Positions 24,815-37,594 of a stretch of 64,000 bases of DNA are shown here, one piece after another. This DNA is from Vitrella brassicaformis CCMP3155 (Eukaryota; Protista; Chromerida). Where the stretch lies: the NCBI GenBank assembly GCA_001179505.1, contig CDMY01000492.1, positions 1,753 to 65,752 on the forward strand, written 5' to 3'. How positions within the stretch are numbered: position 1 is the first letter of the stretch; the number at the start of each line of letters is the position of its first letter. Both the position numbers and the translations under genes were made by a program. The notes under the pieces were generated by a model. It was not told the DNA's origin. It was given only the letters and a program-made list of their open reading frames with translations, and did not search any database.

Positions 24815-25790
24815 CATGAAACTGCATGCATACCTGGTCTCGAGGCCTCAGGTGCGGCTACAGCAGCGGGTAAGCGACCAGCTGCACAAGTTCCGCTTCA
24901 ATGAGCTCTTCAACTCCCTCCCGCCGGACGGCAGAGCCCGCGCCCGCCTTTTGAGCTGTCGAGGACCTCTCTCATCTGGTTGGTTATCCGGAATCCCTTC
25001 CAGCGACCACAAGTCCCTGAACAACTTCCAGTGCCGCCTTCCCGTCGCCGAGTGCCTCGGCATCGCCTTCCCGCACGCGACCGTCACGCAGCGATGCATC
25101 TGCGGTGACGAGGTCGATAACCACTACTTTGTCTGCCACACAGCCCGCGTGTGCATTACGAGACACAACAACATACGCAACTTGTTTGTTCGCATCCTGG
25201 CTGAGGCTGATGTTCCCTCCAACGTGGAGATGCCCCTGCAGAGCCTCGGCATCACCCCTCCGGACGACAATCCCAACAGCCAGCGCGTGGACATCTATGG
25301 CGTGATCGACGGCCACGATTACATGCTCGACGTGACCATCACCCATCCCTGCTGACCTGACGCATCCACTATCCCCTCCCACGGGACGGTGAGCCGGCCG
25401 GCGCGAAACTTTCAGGTAGCAAAGCAGCCCAACTTGCGGAGAAGAAGAAGATCGACAAGTATGGCTGCCCCTCAAGCAGCCGGCTTTCGCTTTGTCCGTC
25501 TCGCCGCGGGGGCATTTGGCAGAGGGGGAGAGCAGACAAGTCTCAAGATGCTCGCCAAGTGGAAGCCTTGCCCCACCTCTATTCCTGCTGACGAAGATGG
25601 GGCTTCTCGAGAGAGCGTCATCAACCATTGGAGCCAGCTCCTGTCCGTGAAGCTGACAAAGCACAACGCTTTTGAAGTGGCCAGTTGTGCGCAGCGCCGC
25701 CAGAGGGCCGCGGAGGGCCAGCGCTTTCCAGAGGACTTCGTCAGCCGCGGGCCATACAGGCCGCACACCAACCCCGCCTCGGGGCTGTAA
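24815..25790 (+). mobile_element. 5'-truncated CRE/R2-like non-LTR element, family 1
   Basis: LLSCRGPLSSGWLS, CICGDEVDNHYFVC, RHNNIR, RLE core RVDI..LDVTITHPC, C-terminal SQLLSVKLTKHNA. Confidence 0.9.
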
Positions 25791-26084
25791 GGTGGCTGGC
25801 TGGCTTCGGATGCCGTGTGCATCGTGTTGCATGTCTCGTACTTGTGTGTTTGCAGTGAATCCTGTGTGTGCCTGCACCGTGTGTCTTCGCACGGATGTGT
25901 GTCCTGCGTGGCGTGCAGTGGTTGAACGTCTGTTCTTTGGTTTGCAATGTGTGTTTCCCGTTGCCCTGCGAAGTTTGCTTGATTCGATCGTCGGTGTCTG
26001 GATGAGGCTTACCAACTACGTCGCCCCTTCTTGGTTTTACTGCAAAAACAATGGTTGCATACGATATGAAGCGACACGGGGGCT

Positions 26085-26250
26085 CACAAAGCGGACGAGG
26101 GACTTGTGCGACGCGTATAGGGGCCTCGGCTGAGGAAGTCCTCTGGACTGAAGCCCTTTTTCTCTCGGGTCCTCCTGGAGATGCGACATATTTCGCGCAA
26201 CTAGCCACCTGGAACGCGTCGTGCTTTACGAGCTCCACGGACAAGAGCCG
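26085..26250 (-). mobile_element. 3' coding end of a related family-1 element in inverted orientation
   Basis: SVELVKHDAFQVASCA..EDFLSRGPY..SSAL-stop is homologous to SVKLTKHNAFEVASCA..EDFVSRGPY..SGL-stop. Confidence 0.85.
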
Positions 26251-26266
26251 CGCTAATAGTTGATGA

Positions 26267-26582
26267 TACGAGCTCCACGGACAAGAAGAAATACCACTCG
26301 GCCGTCCGCGACTCCCGCATGACCTTCTGCCCTCTGGTGGTGACGTGTGACGGTGTGTGGGGACACGGTGCCAACGTGTTCATCGCCCACATGGCTCATG
26401 CGCTGTTGGAGAAGGAGGGGTGGAAGGGACGGGGATTCAGTCATGTGTCTGGATGGATTCGCTCGCGTTTGTCTATCGCCCTCGCGCGTGCGACTAGCTA
26501 CTGTCTGCGTGGGGGAGGGAGGGGAGGGTTTGCGGGGCTGGGGTGTTGTGATGGGGCGGGGATCGATCCCTCCTCCCCTTGA
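26267..26582 (+). mobile_element. 3' end of CRE-like element, family 3
   Basis: KKKYH..FCPLVVTCDGVWG..GWIRSRLSIALARATSYCLRG is homologous to the C-terminus at 53060-53361. Confidence 0.88.
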
Positions 26583-26861
26583 GCCTGTCCGATTGTTTGA
26601 CTCTGCGTGGTGGTGGGACTGTATTTATATGAGTGTCACGGACACACAGACAATTGTTATGGTTAATGCACGTTGTCTCATTTTCGTGTATGTAGCGTGA
26701 TCTGCGGGCGATACTCGCGAGGCTGTATGGCTACCGAGACTTGAGTGAACAGCTGCCCCCCTGAATGCCCAGCCGGCTGGATGACCTTGAAGCTTAATAG
26801 ATTGGCGAAATCAAGCCTGCTGCGATTGTTGTCCCACCGCGTCCCGGCTTTTTCGAACCCG

Positions 26862-27599
26862 CAAACTATGAGGTGACCTCGAAGCTTCTCCAGCGGGCGA
26901 AACCGCCGGACAGCCTGAGTCGAAGCTTCCCCGCTAAGGTCGGGCCACGATTCCATTACGATTCCACCGAGCCTCAATTCGTTGAGGGAGCTGTCGGGAA
27001 GTATTGACCAAGGAGCGCCTCAGTATGCCATTGATTCGGAAAGTGGGCCAAGCTGTAGACAGACTTTGGGAGAAGAAAGGATCCCTTGGCATCAGGTCCT
27101 CCAGAGTGAAGACGAAGGCGACCCTTCTCGGCCTCGTCGAAGGCGGCTACGAGTCATTGCGAAAAAGCGGATTCGGCCCCTACCTGAGAGAACACCGTGA
27201 TGGCTTTGGGGGTGTCATCAAGGATATCCCTTCCGATGACAAGGCAGCGGAGAGAAAGCAAGCAAGCTCCAAGAGGCAGCTCCTACGTCGTCGCATTGTA
27301 TCGGCTTTCTTGGAGCTTCAAACCATGCTGATCGGCCTCGCTATGTGTACCTTCAGTATTATGGCCTACTACGACATCACAGAAGTCAATAAAATCAGCG
27401 CCAAATGGCTCATGTATGTGTTCGTGTCTGCCGTGGGTCTGTTCGTCGCAACAGCACTTTTTCTTGCAGTTGGCTCTTCATGTATTCGCGTACACCAGTA
27501 TGCTGAGGGCGAGGGTGGGGAGGACGATGAAGATGAGGAAGATGCATAGCCTTACTCATCCTGCTATACAAGTACCTCTATCTGTGTACATGTTCGTAG
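26862..27599 (+). repeat. ~740-bp dispersed duplication, partner 53455-54198
   Basis: Colinear similarity from CTAT..GGTGACCTC to TGTACATGTTCGTA. Confidence 0.92.
27004..27549 (+). CDS. Hypothetical small membrane protein (2 TM, acidic tail); true start uncertain
   Basis: 181-aa ORF with two hydrophobic stretches; conserved in the paralog at 53600 with many conservative changes. Confidence 0.5.
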   Translation: MTKERLSMPLIRKVGQAVDRLWEKKGSLGIRSSRVKTKATLLGLVEGGYESLRKSGFGPYLREHRDGFGGVIKDIPSDDKAAERKQASSKRQLLRRRIVSAFLELQTMLIGLAMCTFSIMAYYDITEVNKISAKWLMYVFVSAVGLFVATALFLAVGSSCIRVHQYAEGEGGEDDEDEEDA

Positions 27600-29122
27600 T
27601 GTAAGGATCAGTGGATTTGCAGTGAGGCAGGTAAAGGCCGAAGCCTCATTCATGCATGGAGTGGCGCTCTATGGTTGAAGAGCAGAAAAGACCGTACGGA
27701 ACAATGGATGTGTGCAGCCACTTTCCTTCCGTAGCTAGCGGTAAAGCAGCCGTTGCAATAGTAGGGAGATGTCAATACTTCGGTATGCATGAAAAACGAC
27801 TCGAGGACTATCTGGCTTCGGTTCTCCTGTATTGAAAGCGGAAGCCTTTCTTATGCTCATATCTCTCAAGTTGATCCATCTCGGTGTCGAGTAGAATTGT
27901 TTTCGCACAGGCATTTTCCTTCTTTGGAAGGGTCGACGCGTGCATCTCCAGGTGTGTTAAGGACCACCAATCTGGATTAAACCAGCGAAGATTGGTTATC
28001 ACCTGTTACAAGTCAATTCAGCTTTTTACTCACCTTCCGAAGCTGCGTAGAGTTTTGGTCTTTGGTATTTTCTGGTGCACACCCGCCATGAGCAAAGCAA
28101 GACCCACAGATATTCGACTGGCCAACACTTACTAAGTTCGTGCGACTCACAAGTATGTAAACGCATGGCTAATCGATGTTTGACAGCACTTGCAATGTTG
28201 TTCGTTGTATCTTCTTGCGCAAAGGCAGCAATCACGCCAGCTACCTCCCTCGGAGCTTTGAGTCATGCGGCACGCACAAACAAAGAGTCTGACCGCCCTC
28301 GTATCTTCGTGTCTCCCTTTGATAATAGAAGTGCAGCACACCCTAAGAGGGAGAGAATGCAAGAGATAGGTGCTTGCATGAGGAATGATGTACTTATGTA
28401 CCTTGTCATCAATGTGCCCTGCCAATGAGAGAGGTCACCTGTCATGAGACAACAGCCTACAGAGACACACAGCTCGCAGACAGGCGCATCATGATGTGTG
28501 TGTGCCAACGTTTGTGCATATCTGTGTGGGACTTATCGATTGTGATGGTTTCAATCGATTGGATTGAGGCATGGCATTCAGTGCTTCAAGCACGGGAAAA
28601 TCAAGTGTCTGGCTGTCTCCTCGCTCTCGAGTCCCCCCATCTAGGCACAGCCCGACCCCTCCCCCTCCCTTCTACTCACAGACGCATGCATGCATATGTG
28701 CATCCACACGTGCACACGTGTGTGGGATCTGAGCATGCCTGGGCACTCTCAGTGCATGGACCAAACACGCCACATGAAGGCGAGTGCATGCAGCTTGCAC
28801 ACCACTCAATGTCGGGTCAGCCGACAAATTGGTTGCATCAGTGAGTCACTGGCACACCGTCTGAGGTGTGCAGGCAGAGGTCACAAGCGACCCCCTCTCT
28901 CCCCCTCCCCTACTCACGTCAACACGTGTTTGTCACACGCAGCAGTGGGTCTGTCTCTCTGACCATTGCAAGTGACACACCTGACTATCATCCATCGTCC
29001 TGGTGCCTTTCTACCCGTCATGTATGCATGTCAGGAGCCTCAGCTCCGTCAGCATGCAATGAATCGGTGAGGCTACCCCTCACCCGCCTATGTACTCAGA
29101 GCTACCGGTCTGTGTTGGGTGT

Positions 29123-32111
29123 CTACCCCCACTGGATGCCGGAGTCCGGGTACCCGCCCATCATCGGAGCGGACGAGCCCTCATAGCCTCCCCCGCCGCG
29201 TCCGCCTCGCCCGCCGCCTCGCCCACCGCCCCTTGACCAGAAGGGGCCTGAGGGGCACACACATATGCACTCATGGGCGGTGATTGGCGGTTTGACGCGT
29301 CTGCCGTACCGTTGTGGTCGCCTTGGCCGCGTGGCGTCTCTGGGCGTGTGCACTTGAAGGTGTCCTCTGATAAAAGCAACACACGCCAGCGTGCATGGCC
29401 TCGCAGGGGTGAGCTCGATTGTCCTGCTCACTTGGCTTGGGAGGTGCCTTGGGGAACCCCACCCCGCTCTCAGAGGCCGACTGCTGGGCCTTGACCTCCG
29501 CAGCGATCAGGGCCAGTGCCAACTCCAACTTAAGGCCGTTCTCGATGCCCCCGAGGCTGAGGATGCCCTCGATGGCCGCACTGGTGATGCGCCAGTGCTG
29601 GAGGGCCGCGTAGGGGCTGTCCATGCCCTCTCGCTCGGGCATCCTCCTCAGCACCACATCCCCGTCGGTGGTGGGCTCCTGCAGCGAGGCAGGCACCTCG
29701 TTGCGGCTGACAAAGTGGGCCGTGCCGTTGTTCATGGTCAGCTCGCGCGCCAAGTCGTCCGCCACTTCCCAACTCACGCGATGGGGCCCGACGCTGATGC
29801 CGATGGCGGGCAGCTCGGGGTCACGGGATGACCTGTTCAGACGCAGTTGTAGGCTAGGGTGGAGGCGGCCTGGTGTCGGTGCGCTGCCGGGCATGGGATG
29901 GTGGTATGTGTGGCTGTGGGGGCCGAGGTTGGGGTGGTGTGCGGAGCCGTTGAGGTTGGAGTTGTGGTCGTAGCTGTGCGGGGGAATGGCACCGGTGCCC
30001 GGCACCATCGGCATCCCCATGCCACCCACCAACGCACCTGCAACAAACACATGGCCAAGTAAGGGCATGTGTGGCGTGACGAGTGTGCGTGAGGCATTCT
30101 CACCGTTGTCCATCGTCATGTGCGGCGGCATCTGCATGGTGGGTGGCGCCATGGAGAAAGCCGTCTGCGTGACGGACGATGCGGGCGGACCATCCATCGC
30201 TGCGGCCACCATGGGCGGACCTGCTCACCCCACACACGCACCAGCCCACCAAGATGTGCATGCATTAGCATGTGCGAGCGAGCGTGTGTATTCGTCCTTC
30301 TCACCGTGTGTGGTGGGGGCACTTGACGACGCGCTCATGGTGTAGTTGGTCGGGGTGGTCTCGCCTGACGGGACGTCTGACACCGACACCCACACATGGC
30401 ATGGATGCATTCACGCCCTTCTCCCTTCCTCCCGACCGATGCCCACCGGAGGATGGCCCTGAGTCAGTCCCAATGAGGCCACCACGCAGGAAGAACTCTC
30501 GGCTGATGTTGTAGCCCGCTAAGGGGGGCCGGACGCCTTGCGCGAAGGCTTCCAACTGCGCCTTGAAGTGGGCGTGCTTGTTGAAACTCTTGCCGGTGGT
30601 CTCTCGCAGGCGTTTGGTCTGTTCGTGCTGCCACTGGATGCCTGACACGGACAAGACACATGCATTGTGTGTGTGCGTTGCGGGTGGATTGACCACCTGG
30701 TGCGTTCATGTCCTTCCGACACTCGCACTCGGTCGGATCCACATCGAAGGAGTAGCGAGGGATGCTGGTCAAAACCACCTTCTTCGTGTCACGATACTCC
30801 TTCGCGCGGCCTGCACGCACACAGAGAAGCCACATGAGCGCATCTCATGACACTCACTTCCCGACCTCGTCCCCTCACCTCCGGCGAGATCGACGTAGGT
30901 ATCGAAGATGAAAAACTCGCGAGGGGCGCCAGGCTCTCGTTGCTTCACCCTCACACCACCATGGGTGGCCACGTAGACAAACCCGCCCCTCTCCATCTCG
31001 AAGAGGTTTTCCTTGCTGTCCAGGTGGTCGACGGCCGTGAAGACCTCGCTCAGGTGTCTCTGTGACATCGGGTACAGCGACAGGTCTGGCCCGCCGTACT
31101 TCTCCCTGATGGCGGGGACACAGCCGGTGAGCGTCTCCCCTATCATGTCGTAGCGCTCCTCCTTGAACTGCTCGCTCTCTGCATAGACCCGTCCACAGAC
31201 AAGGAGAGGCATGTGCGTCTTTTCCCCTGCCCCCCTCTCTCTGTTTCACTCGTGCTGTGCGCACCTTTGAATGCCCCTTCATGGGAGCTCATCTGCTCGT
31301 CCTTGGCGTGCGAGGTGGTGCCCGCCGCACCACCATTGCCGCCCTCGTCCACAGCAGGCTGCTCCTGCCCCTCTACAGGCTGTGTCATCTCCTGCATGAC
31401 ACACAAGCAAGGCACACATCAAGGAGCCGGACCGTGTGTGTCCGATGTCTCGACAAGGATGACTCGCTCATCCGCTCCGTGCACAAGAACATACACGCAT
31501 GCTGCCATGCATGGCTCTTCTCTCTCTCTGGGAAGCCCGTGGTGCGCAAAGGCATGTGCAAGTTCGCGAGTATGTGCATCTCACCGTGTCGTGCTGGTCT
31601 TGAGGTGGCACTACGGTGCCCTCCTCTCCAGTGGGAGGCACCACTTCCCCCTCCTTCGGCACTGTCGACATGACGATGCCCACTCGCCACTAAAGGTCTC
31701 GCAGTTGATGAGCTGCCCACGGACCGACAACTACACGTACCCTCCTCCTCTCAGCATGAACTGAGAGGTCGCAGGGAGGGGGATGGACGCTGCGGCTGCT
31801 GCGAGCTTTGGCAGTGGTTTGACGGGAGAAAGTCTCGAACTTCCCCGGGGCCCTGTATGCATGCAATGGGGGCCGCAAGCTTGGCTCAGCCAAGGGCCTT
31901 CCTCGTGGGCGTGGACCTGTCGTACTGTCTGCCAAGGGCGATTCCTTGTTGTTTTGCGGCCGTGGTCACTTCCTGCCGCCCCGTGTGGCTGCTCCACTCT
32001 TCCTCTTCCCTCCCTCTTGCTCATCCACCAAGGCCGCTTTTCCTCGGTCTTCTGCCTCTCTACTTCACCTTCTCCCTCACCTATAACGATGGTGACGGTC
32101 GGTAATGGCAT
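29123..32111 (-). CDS. Multi-exon hypothetical protein with Pro/Met/His-rich middle and RGG-rich C-terminus
   Basis: Consecutive exon-like ORFs (EERYDMIGETLTGC.., GIQWQHEQTKRLRE.., IGISVGPHRVSWEVADDLARE.., RGGGRGGGRGGRGGGGY..QWG-stop) separated by GT..AG introns. Confidence 0.6.
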
Positions 32112-33342
32112 TTGCACAGAATGCCGCACTCATTTTCCTTGGTGTGTGTCTGTCGGTCGGTATGCGTGTCTCTCGTCGATTTCTTGCACTACTCGTGTCT
32201 CCAGGCTAGGACGGGCTGGTTTTCGTTTTCGCGGGTTGTGTATTCACTGGTCGAGTCACGGAAAAGGGACACATAACCGCGGAAGTCCCTGAAAACACAC
32301 ACATCCGTAATCGGTAGACGAGCCAAAAAGAGACCTTTTTCCCTTGCGATTCTGTGTCGGCATGGCGTGAATGGACAAAGACTCGTGTGATCTGGACCTG
32401 TGAAGATCCCCACACATCCAGCAGCAAGCAGCGCGTCGGGCAGGGCAACATCCATCCCCTTCTCGGATCTCTAGTTTGTTGGCCTTCATCTCATCCTCTT
32501 CATCGGACGGGCACCAATCCCACCCATCTTCCCTCATCCACGGTAATAGGAAGGCAGGCAGATCTCCACGGGGAGAAAAGCAGACCATGGCACGTGAGGC
32601 AGGAGGCACAGGCGAGCCCAGAAGCGTGTGGTGGCTGTTAGCTCTCGTGCGTGTAGGGCTGAAGTTATGGTAGGCATCCCCGTTCGTGAACTGCAGCAGA
32701 GGCGTCCTCTGCTCCTCCTGCCTCCGGCTGCAGCAGAGGCTGTCGAGAGAGAGGACTGAGGCACGGATGGGGGGTGTCTGCCATGATGGACACCTGAACG
32801 GGATCCGGGATGGATCTATGGATGGGCAACTCCATGGGGCTGCCGGCTCTGAGCCGCACGTCAGCACTGAGGGCGAGGTGGACACTCGTCAGCTCAAGGA
32901 TAGAGGGATGGCTTGGTCTTTCGAGTCAGCGACCACAGGTGCTATGGTCATGCAAGCAAGGCAGGGGTGGTCCACCTTTTGGCTGGGCCCTTACCGCAGC
33001 GTTTGGTTGTGTTGGCCCGCGTGATGGCGAGGGTGATCCCTCGTCGCGGGGCGTCGGCGTCGTGCGGCGCCCAGCCTCACAGACACACCTTCGAGTAGAT
33101 TCTTCAGCTTACTGTCGGGAATCACGGGTCGATCCAGCCGCCTTGAGAAGGGTGCTGGGTGGAGCCTTGAACCAACACCGTGATTACATCATCCCTGGCA
33201 CGTCACACGCATAGATGAAGAGCACATGTGGTGTCAAGCCATTTTTGTGTACTTCTTTGCGTCTGCTTTAATCAGATTGGACATGTAGAGCCGTTTGAAG
33301 AGTTGCACTCTCAGTCGCGATCCGCCGAGTGTTTCTGGATCA

Positions 33343-34144
33343 GACTGAACTACTCACCCACTCAACAACCTCTCTGGGCGCCTCCATGGTGTGGGTTTCA
33401 TGCTTGTCGCGTGCCGTCCTCTGTGTGCATGGATTAGATGGGGGATAGGCTGTCGTGTGTGTGTGTGGTTCTGCGAGTCGGTGCCTGTGGGTTTGGGCGC
33501 GTGTGCGTGTGTGTGTGTGTGTGGGTGTGTGGGCGGGGTGTGTGTGTGTTGTGTGTGTGGGCCGGTGTGTGTGTGGTGAGGGGTGTCTGTGTGTGTAGGG
33601 ACATGTGTCTGTGCGCTTGCGTGTGTTATGCCGTCGCGCCCGTCGATTTTCCTGCGGTGATTTTCGAGGAGATGCTTGCGTGTATCCGCGGGGTGACCGC
33701 CTCTCGTCGCCTCCCGCCTCAGGGGCGTGGGGCGACGTGGGCACGGCTGCTCGCGGCCGTATCTGAGCTTCCCTTCTCTTCGTGTCCAGGGTATTTGCCG
33801 CTGGCCGGTCGATCTGCGCTGTCTGTCTCATTCGTACCGGGCGCATGTGGTTACGTGGCGCTGTAGCGTGGTTCGCACGTCACCAGGGCCCCTTCCTATG
33901 GCCGCGTGGCCGCCGCCTGCCGGCCGTCTGAGGGGGTGACGTGCATGCTTCAGTGCGCATCTGTCTTCATGTTGTCGCCCTTTCCGTGACTCTGCAGATT
34001 CGCCGGCCTGCTTCTGCCCTTTGCGTGTTGCTTGTTGCTTGTTGCGTGTTGCGTACTGTGTGTCGCGGGTTACATGTTGCGTGTCGGACAAGCAGGGGAC
34101 CAGGCCGTCGGCCACCTAGGGCATCGCGAGAAACCGCTCCCCCC
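33343..34144 (+). mobile_element. Orphan 3' UTR of a family-2 CRE-like element
   Basis: GT-rich tract, then a terminal motif shared with 37537-37593; flanked by the 12-bp direct repeat GTTTCTGGATCA (33331-33342 / 34145-34156). Confidence 0.6.
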
Positions 34145-34433
34145 GTTTCTGGATCACAGATCGATTGCACTTAGGTGCACTCTACATGTTAAGGATTGAT
34201 GATCTACGACGGACTGGATGGGCAGGGCATGCAAACAGTGATCGAATTGGAGGGACAGCTAGTTTAGTTCTTAGTATGCATTCTTGATGGACTCCTCGTG
34301 CCGATGCGCTTTTCGTCAACCACGTTCTCCCCCTCTTGACGACTATTGAGAGGCAGATCGATGAACGATAGAGGCTTGGGAAGTCCACAGCTCTCTACAC
34401 ACAAGCAGGCACACAAAAGGTGACCCTTCTGCC

Positions 34434-34570
34434 GTATACAGACACTCCAAGTCGACGCGTGCATGCGCAGATGTGCGCACAGAGATATTCGACATATGCA
34501 CTTCAAGTCGATGGGTGTTTGCGCAGGTGTGCGCACAGAGATATTCATTCTATACACACACTCCAAGTCC
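34434..34570 (+). repeat. Two isolated 60-bp satellite units
   Basis: ACACTCCAAGTCGACGCGTGCATGCGCAG..GTGTGCGCACAGAGATATTC. Confidence 0.88.
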
Positions 34571-35154
34571 AGACATGAAACTGACAATACGCCTCATTCT
34601 TGCTAGAATAAAGAATTTATCGTGAACGCATCAACTCAGCGTTTCCCCACACGCTCTCACAAAAAGAGAGAAAGACGGAAACAGCAGAGTGTGCCAACGA
34701 TCGATCGAGGCATGTGTAATTGACAGAAACGATGGAGTGCTGCTGTTGTTGCGAAGTGCTCATGATGCCCTTCGCCCCTGTCTGTGACCCTGATGAAGGC
34801 GCTCGGCTCAGAGAAGTGGACGTGTGTGGACGTGTGTCGGGATGTGATGGACGGATGGATTGGATGTCGTGGACCGTGTGCTGATGGAGAGGATGCCGCC
34901 TGGATGAATGGATGAATGGATGGTGCTGGTGCTGATGCTGATGGATGGCAGGCTGAAGGATAGTAGTTGTGTGTAGGCAAGCATGACGATAAGCCGTAGA
35001 TACGCACAGCGAGAGGCAGGGCAGAAAGAAGCGCTAGATAACCCCGCATTGCATGCATGCGTGGGCTTGGGGGCGTAAGACAGGAGATAGCAGCAGTTGG
35101 CCGAGCGAATTAGTGCCGTTGCGTTTCATGATTCGTTGTTGATCCTCCGATATG

Positions 35155-37594
35155 CCAACAATCCTGTGTTCGACGATGAAGGGTCACCGATGGTGCCTGA
35201 TGAGCCACACGAGATATGCAGGATCAAGTGGCGAGCGACTTCGACGTGGCCGAGCACGAGCTGGCGGGCGTGCTGCAGCAGCTCGTGCGCGAGAAGTGCG
35301 AGGTGTGGGGCGAGCACTTCACCAAGGGCATGAACCGGCCGGCGGACATGCCCGCCGGTGTGTGCGTGCGAGACGAGGGGCTGCTGGTGCTGGGCTGCCC
35401 GTTTGGCACATCGGAGTTCATGGAGCGGCACTTCGCCAAGGTGCTCAAGAAGACCCAGCACCTTCTCGACAACCTGCCCCGGCTGGAGGACCCGCAGAGC
35501 GCCGGGAAATTCCTCCGCTTCTGCGCCACGCCGAAGTTCCACTACCACCTCCGCACCTCCCTCCCCTTCACCCGCCCCCTCGCCGAGGCTGCTGGCAAGC
35601 ACTCTCGCGCCCTCATCCAGGCCGCCTGCACCCTTTTCTTCCTCGGCGACGTCCAGACCAAGACCGTCCGCCAGCTCAAGCTGCCGCTGACTGAGGGGGG
35701 GTTCGGCCTCACTGATGCCGCCCGCATCGCGCCAGCGGCGTACTTCGGCGCGAATGCGGTGGTGTTGGCCGATGTCCTCGCCCGCCACGAAGGCGCCGCG
35801 TGGATGCCGGCGCATGGGCGCGCAGGGCTGGAGGCGCAGCCATGGGTGCAAGCGATCCAGGCCGCGTACGACCACCTTCTCACCCACTACCCCCGCTCCC
35901 CCCAGTCCGACCCCCTGCCTGACGTCCGCAGCCTCATGCTCCGCCCCGTCGGCGGCCTGCAGGCCAAGCTGACCCAGCGCATCCACCAGCAGGAGTCCGC
36001 CTCCCTGCAGGCAGCCCTGAACGACATGCGTGACGACGCCGGCCACCCGACGACCGACGGAGCCCGTCTGCAGAGCTGCAAGGGGCCGGGGGCGACGGCA
36101 TGGCTGCAGGCTATCCCATTCAGCCCCGCAACGACCATCTCCCCCGACGCCTTCGTGTGGAATGTGCAGTTCCAGCTCGCGTGGTGAAGGGACCGACGAC
36201 CTGTGGGGCGTGCACGAAGCCCTGCGACCCGTGTGGCGACCACATGCTCAAGTGCCCCAATCGCGGCTACCTCACCAACCGCCACAACACCGTCCAAGCG
36301 ACCGTCTACCGTATCTGCAAGGAGGCCCGATGCCCCAGCGTGAAGACAGAGCAGCTTCTGCGTGACTACCAGTGCCCACTCCCGCAAACGACCGACAAGC
36401 AGCGGATGGACCTGGTGATCACCCAGCATGACGGCTCTAAGATCATGGCTGACGTCACCGGCACTCACCCCACTCACGCCGACCGCCCAGGCGACCCCAG
36501 GAACCTCACCAACCAGCGGCCCGGCTCAGTACTTCGCACCGCCGAGAACCGCAAGAGGGGCCAGTACGCCGTTGCATGTGCATGAGGAGGGTACACGTTT
36601 TTGCCTTTGGCCTTCGAGTCGTATAGACGGTGGTCTCCGACTATGGAGACCTTTTTGCACAAGCTAGGCAAGGCAGTGAAGGAAACTCACTACGGGGACG
36701 ACAGAGATTTTTCAACAGGCCGCGTCGTGGCCCGATGGTGGGTCCTCTTGTCGTGTGCAGTCAGGCGTGAGTGTGCCCTCACGGTGCGCGGCAAGAGTGA
36801 GACCGCCACACCATTCATCCGCCCCTTCCCCCGAGACGAAGTCTGGGGGAGGGGCCCTTACTCTCCTTCCTAGGCCTTTTGCTCCGCACACCGTGACTTC
36901 GTGTGTGCGGGCGTGTCTGTATATGGGTGCGTGCGTGTGTGTGCGAAGGTGTGTATGCGGGTGAATGTGTGTGAGTGTGTGGGTGTGTGCGAGTGTGTGG
37001 GAGTGTGTATGAGTGTACGGGTGTCGGTGGGCGTGTGTGCGCGTGAGCTGCCGGCGTCCGTGTAGGGGTGGGTGACGTGGGTGGATGCGCCGGCGTGGCG
37101 CCCGTCTGCGTCAGGTCTGTCTATGTGTTTTGCCGCTCTTGTCGCGGGCGCGCTGGGTAGTCGGTCGATCGCCTGCCGCCCCCCTCCGCCATGGAGGCTG
37201 GGGCGGCGGTGCGCCTGACTCTCGTACATCTCCATCTCTCCACCCTTCCGTGCGTGCCTGTGCCGAGGGCGGGTTTGTGTGTGACCGGGCGATCTGCACT
37301 GACTGGCTGGCCACCTGGGGATGGGCGGTACGTACGTATAGAGTCATGGTGCAGCACGCACGCCTCCTCAAGCAGGCCGCTGGGGTGGCGTGTGTGCGAT
37401 GTTCCCTGCCTACTCGTCTGTTCCCTCGTTCGCAGCGCACTGCCTACCCGCCTGTTTGCAGCCCCTGCCCTCTGCGTGCTGCGTGGTGCGTGGTGCGTGT
37501 TCGTGTTGCATGTTAGGGTGCGTGTTTGCATGTTGGGTCGGACAGACAAAGGACACGGCCGTCAGGCCACCTAGGGTGCTCCCTGAAACCGCTG
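35155..37594 (+). mobile_element. 5'-truncated CRE/R2-like non-LTR element, family 2, with ~720-nt 3' UTR
   Basis: KCEVW..GLLVLGCPFG (RT end), GGFGL, AWLQAIP, knuckle CGACTKPCDPCGDHMLKC, RHN, RLE RMDLVI..ADVTGTHP; 10-bp direct repeat CTCCGATATG at 35145-35154 / 37595-37604. Confidence 0.9.

Noticed and set aside
26935-26994. In-frame TGA-GGG-AGC-TGT (UxxC) conserved in both membrane-ORF paralogs, a possible selenocysteine
   Set aside because: A TAA 16 codons upstream in the same frame is also shared, so the conservation is explained at DNA level; no SECIS identified. Would need a splice at CTAAG|GT to be viable
27650-28430. Minus-strand protein-like fragments (WFNPDWWSLTHLE..)
   Set aside because: Interrupted by multiple stops with no recognisable family; too weak to call
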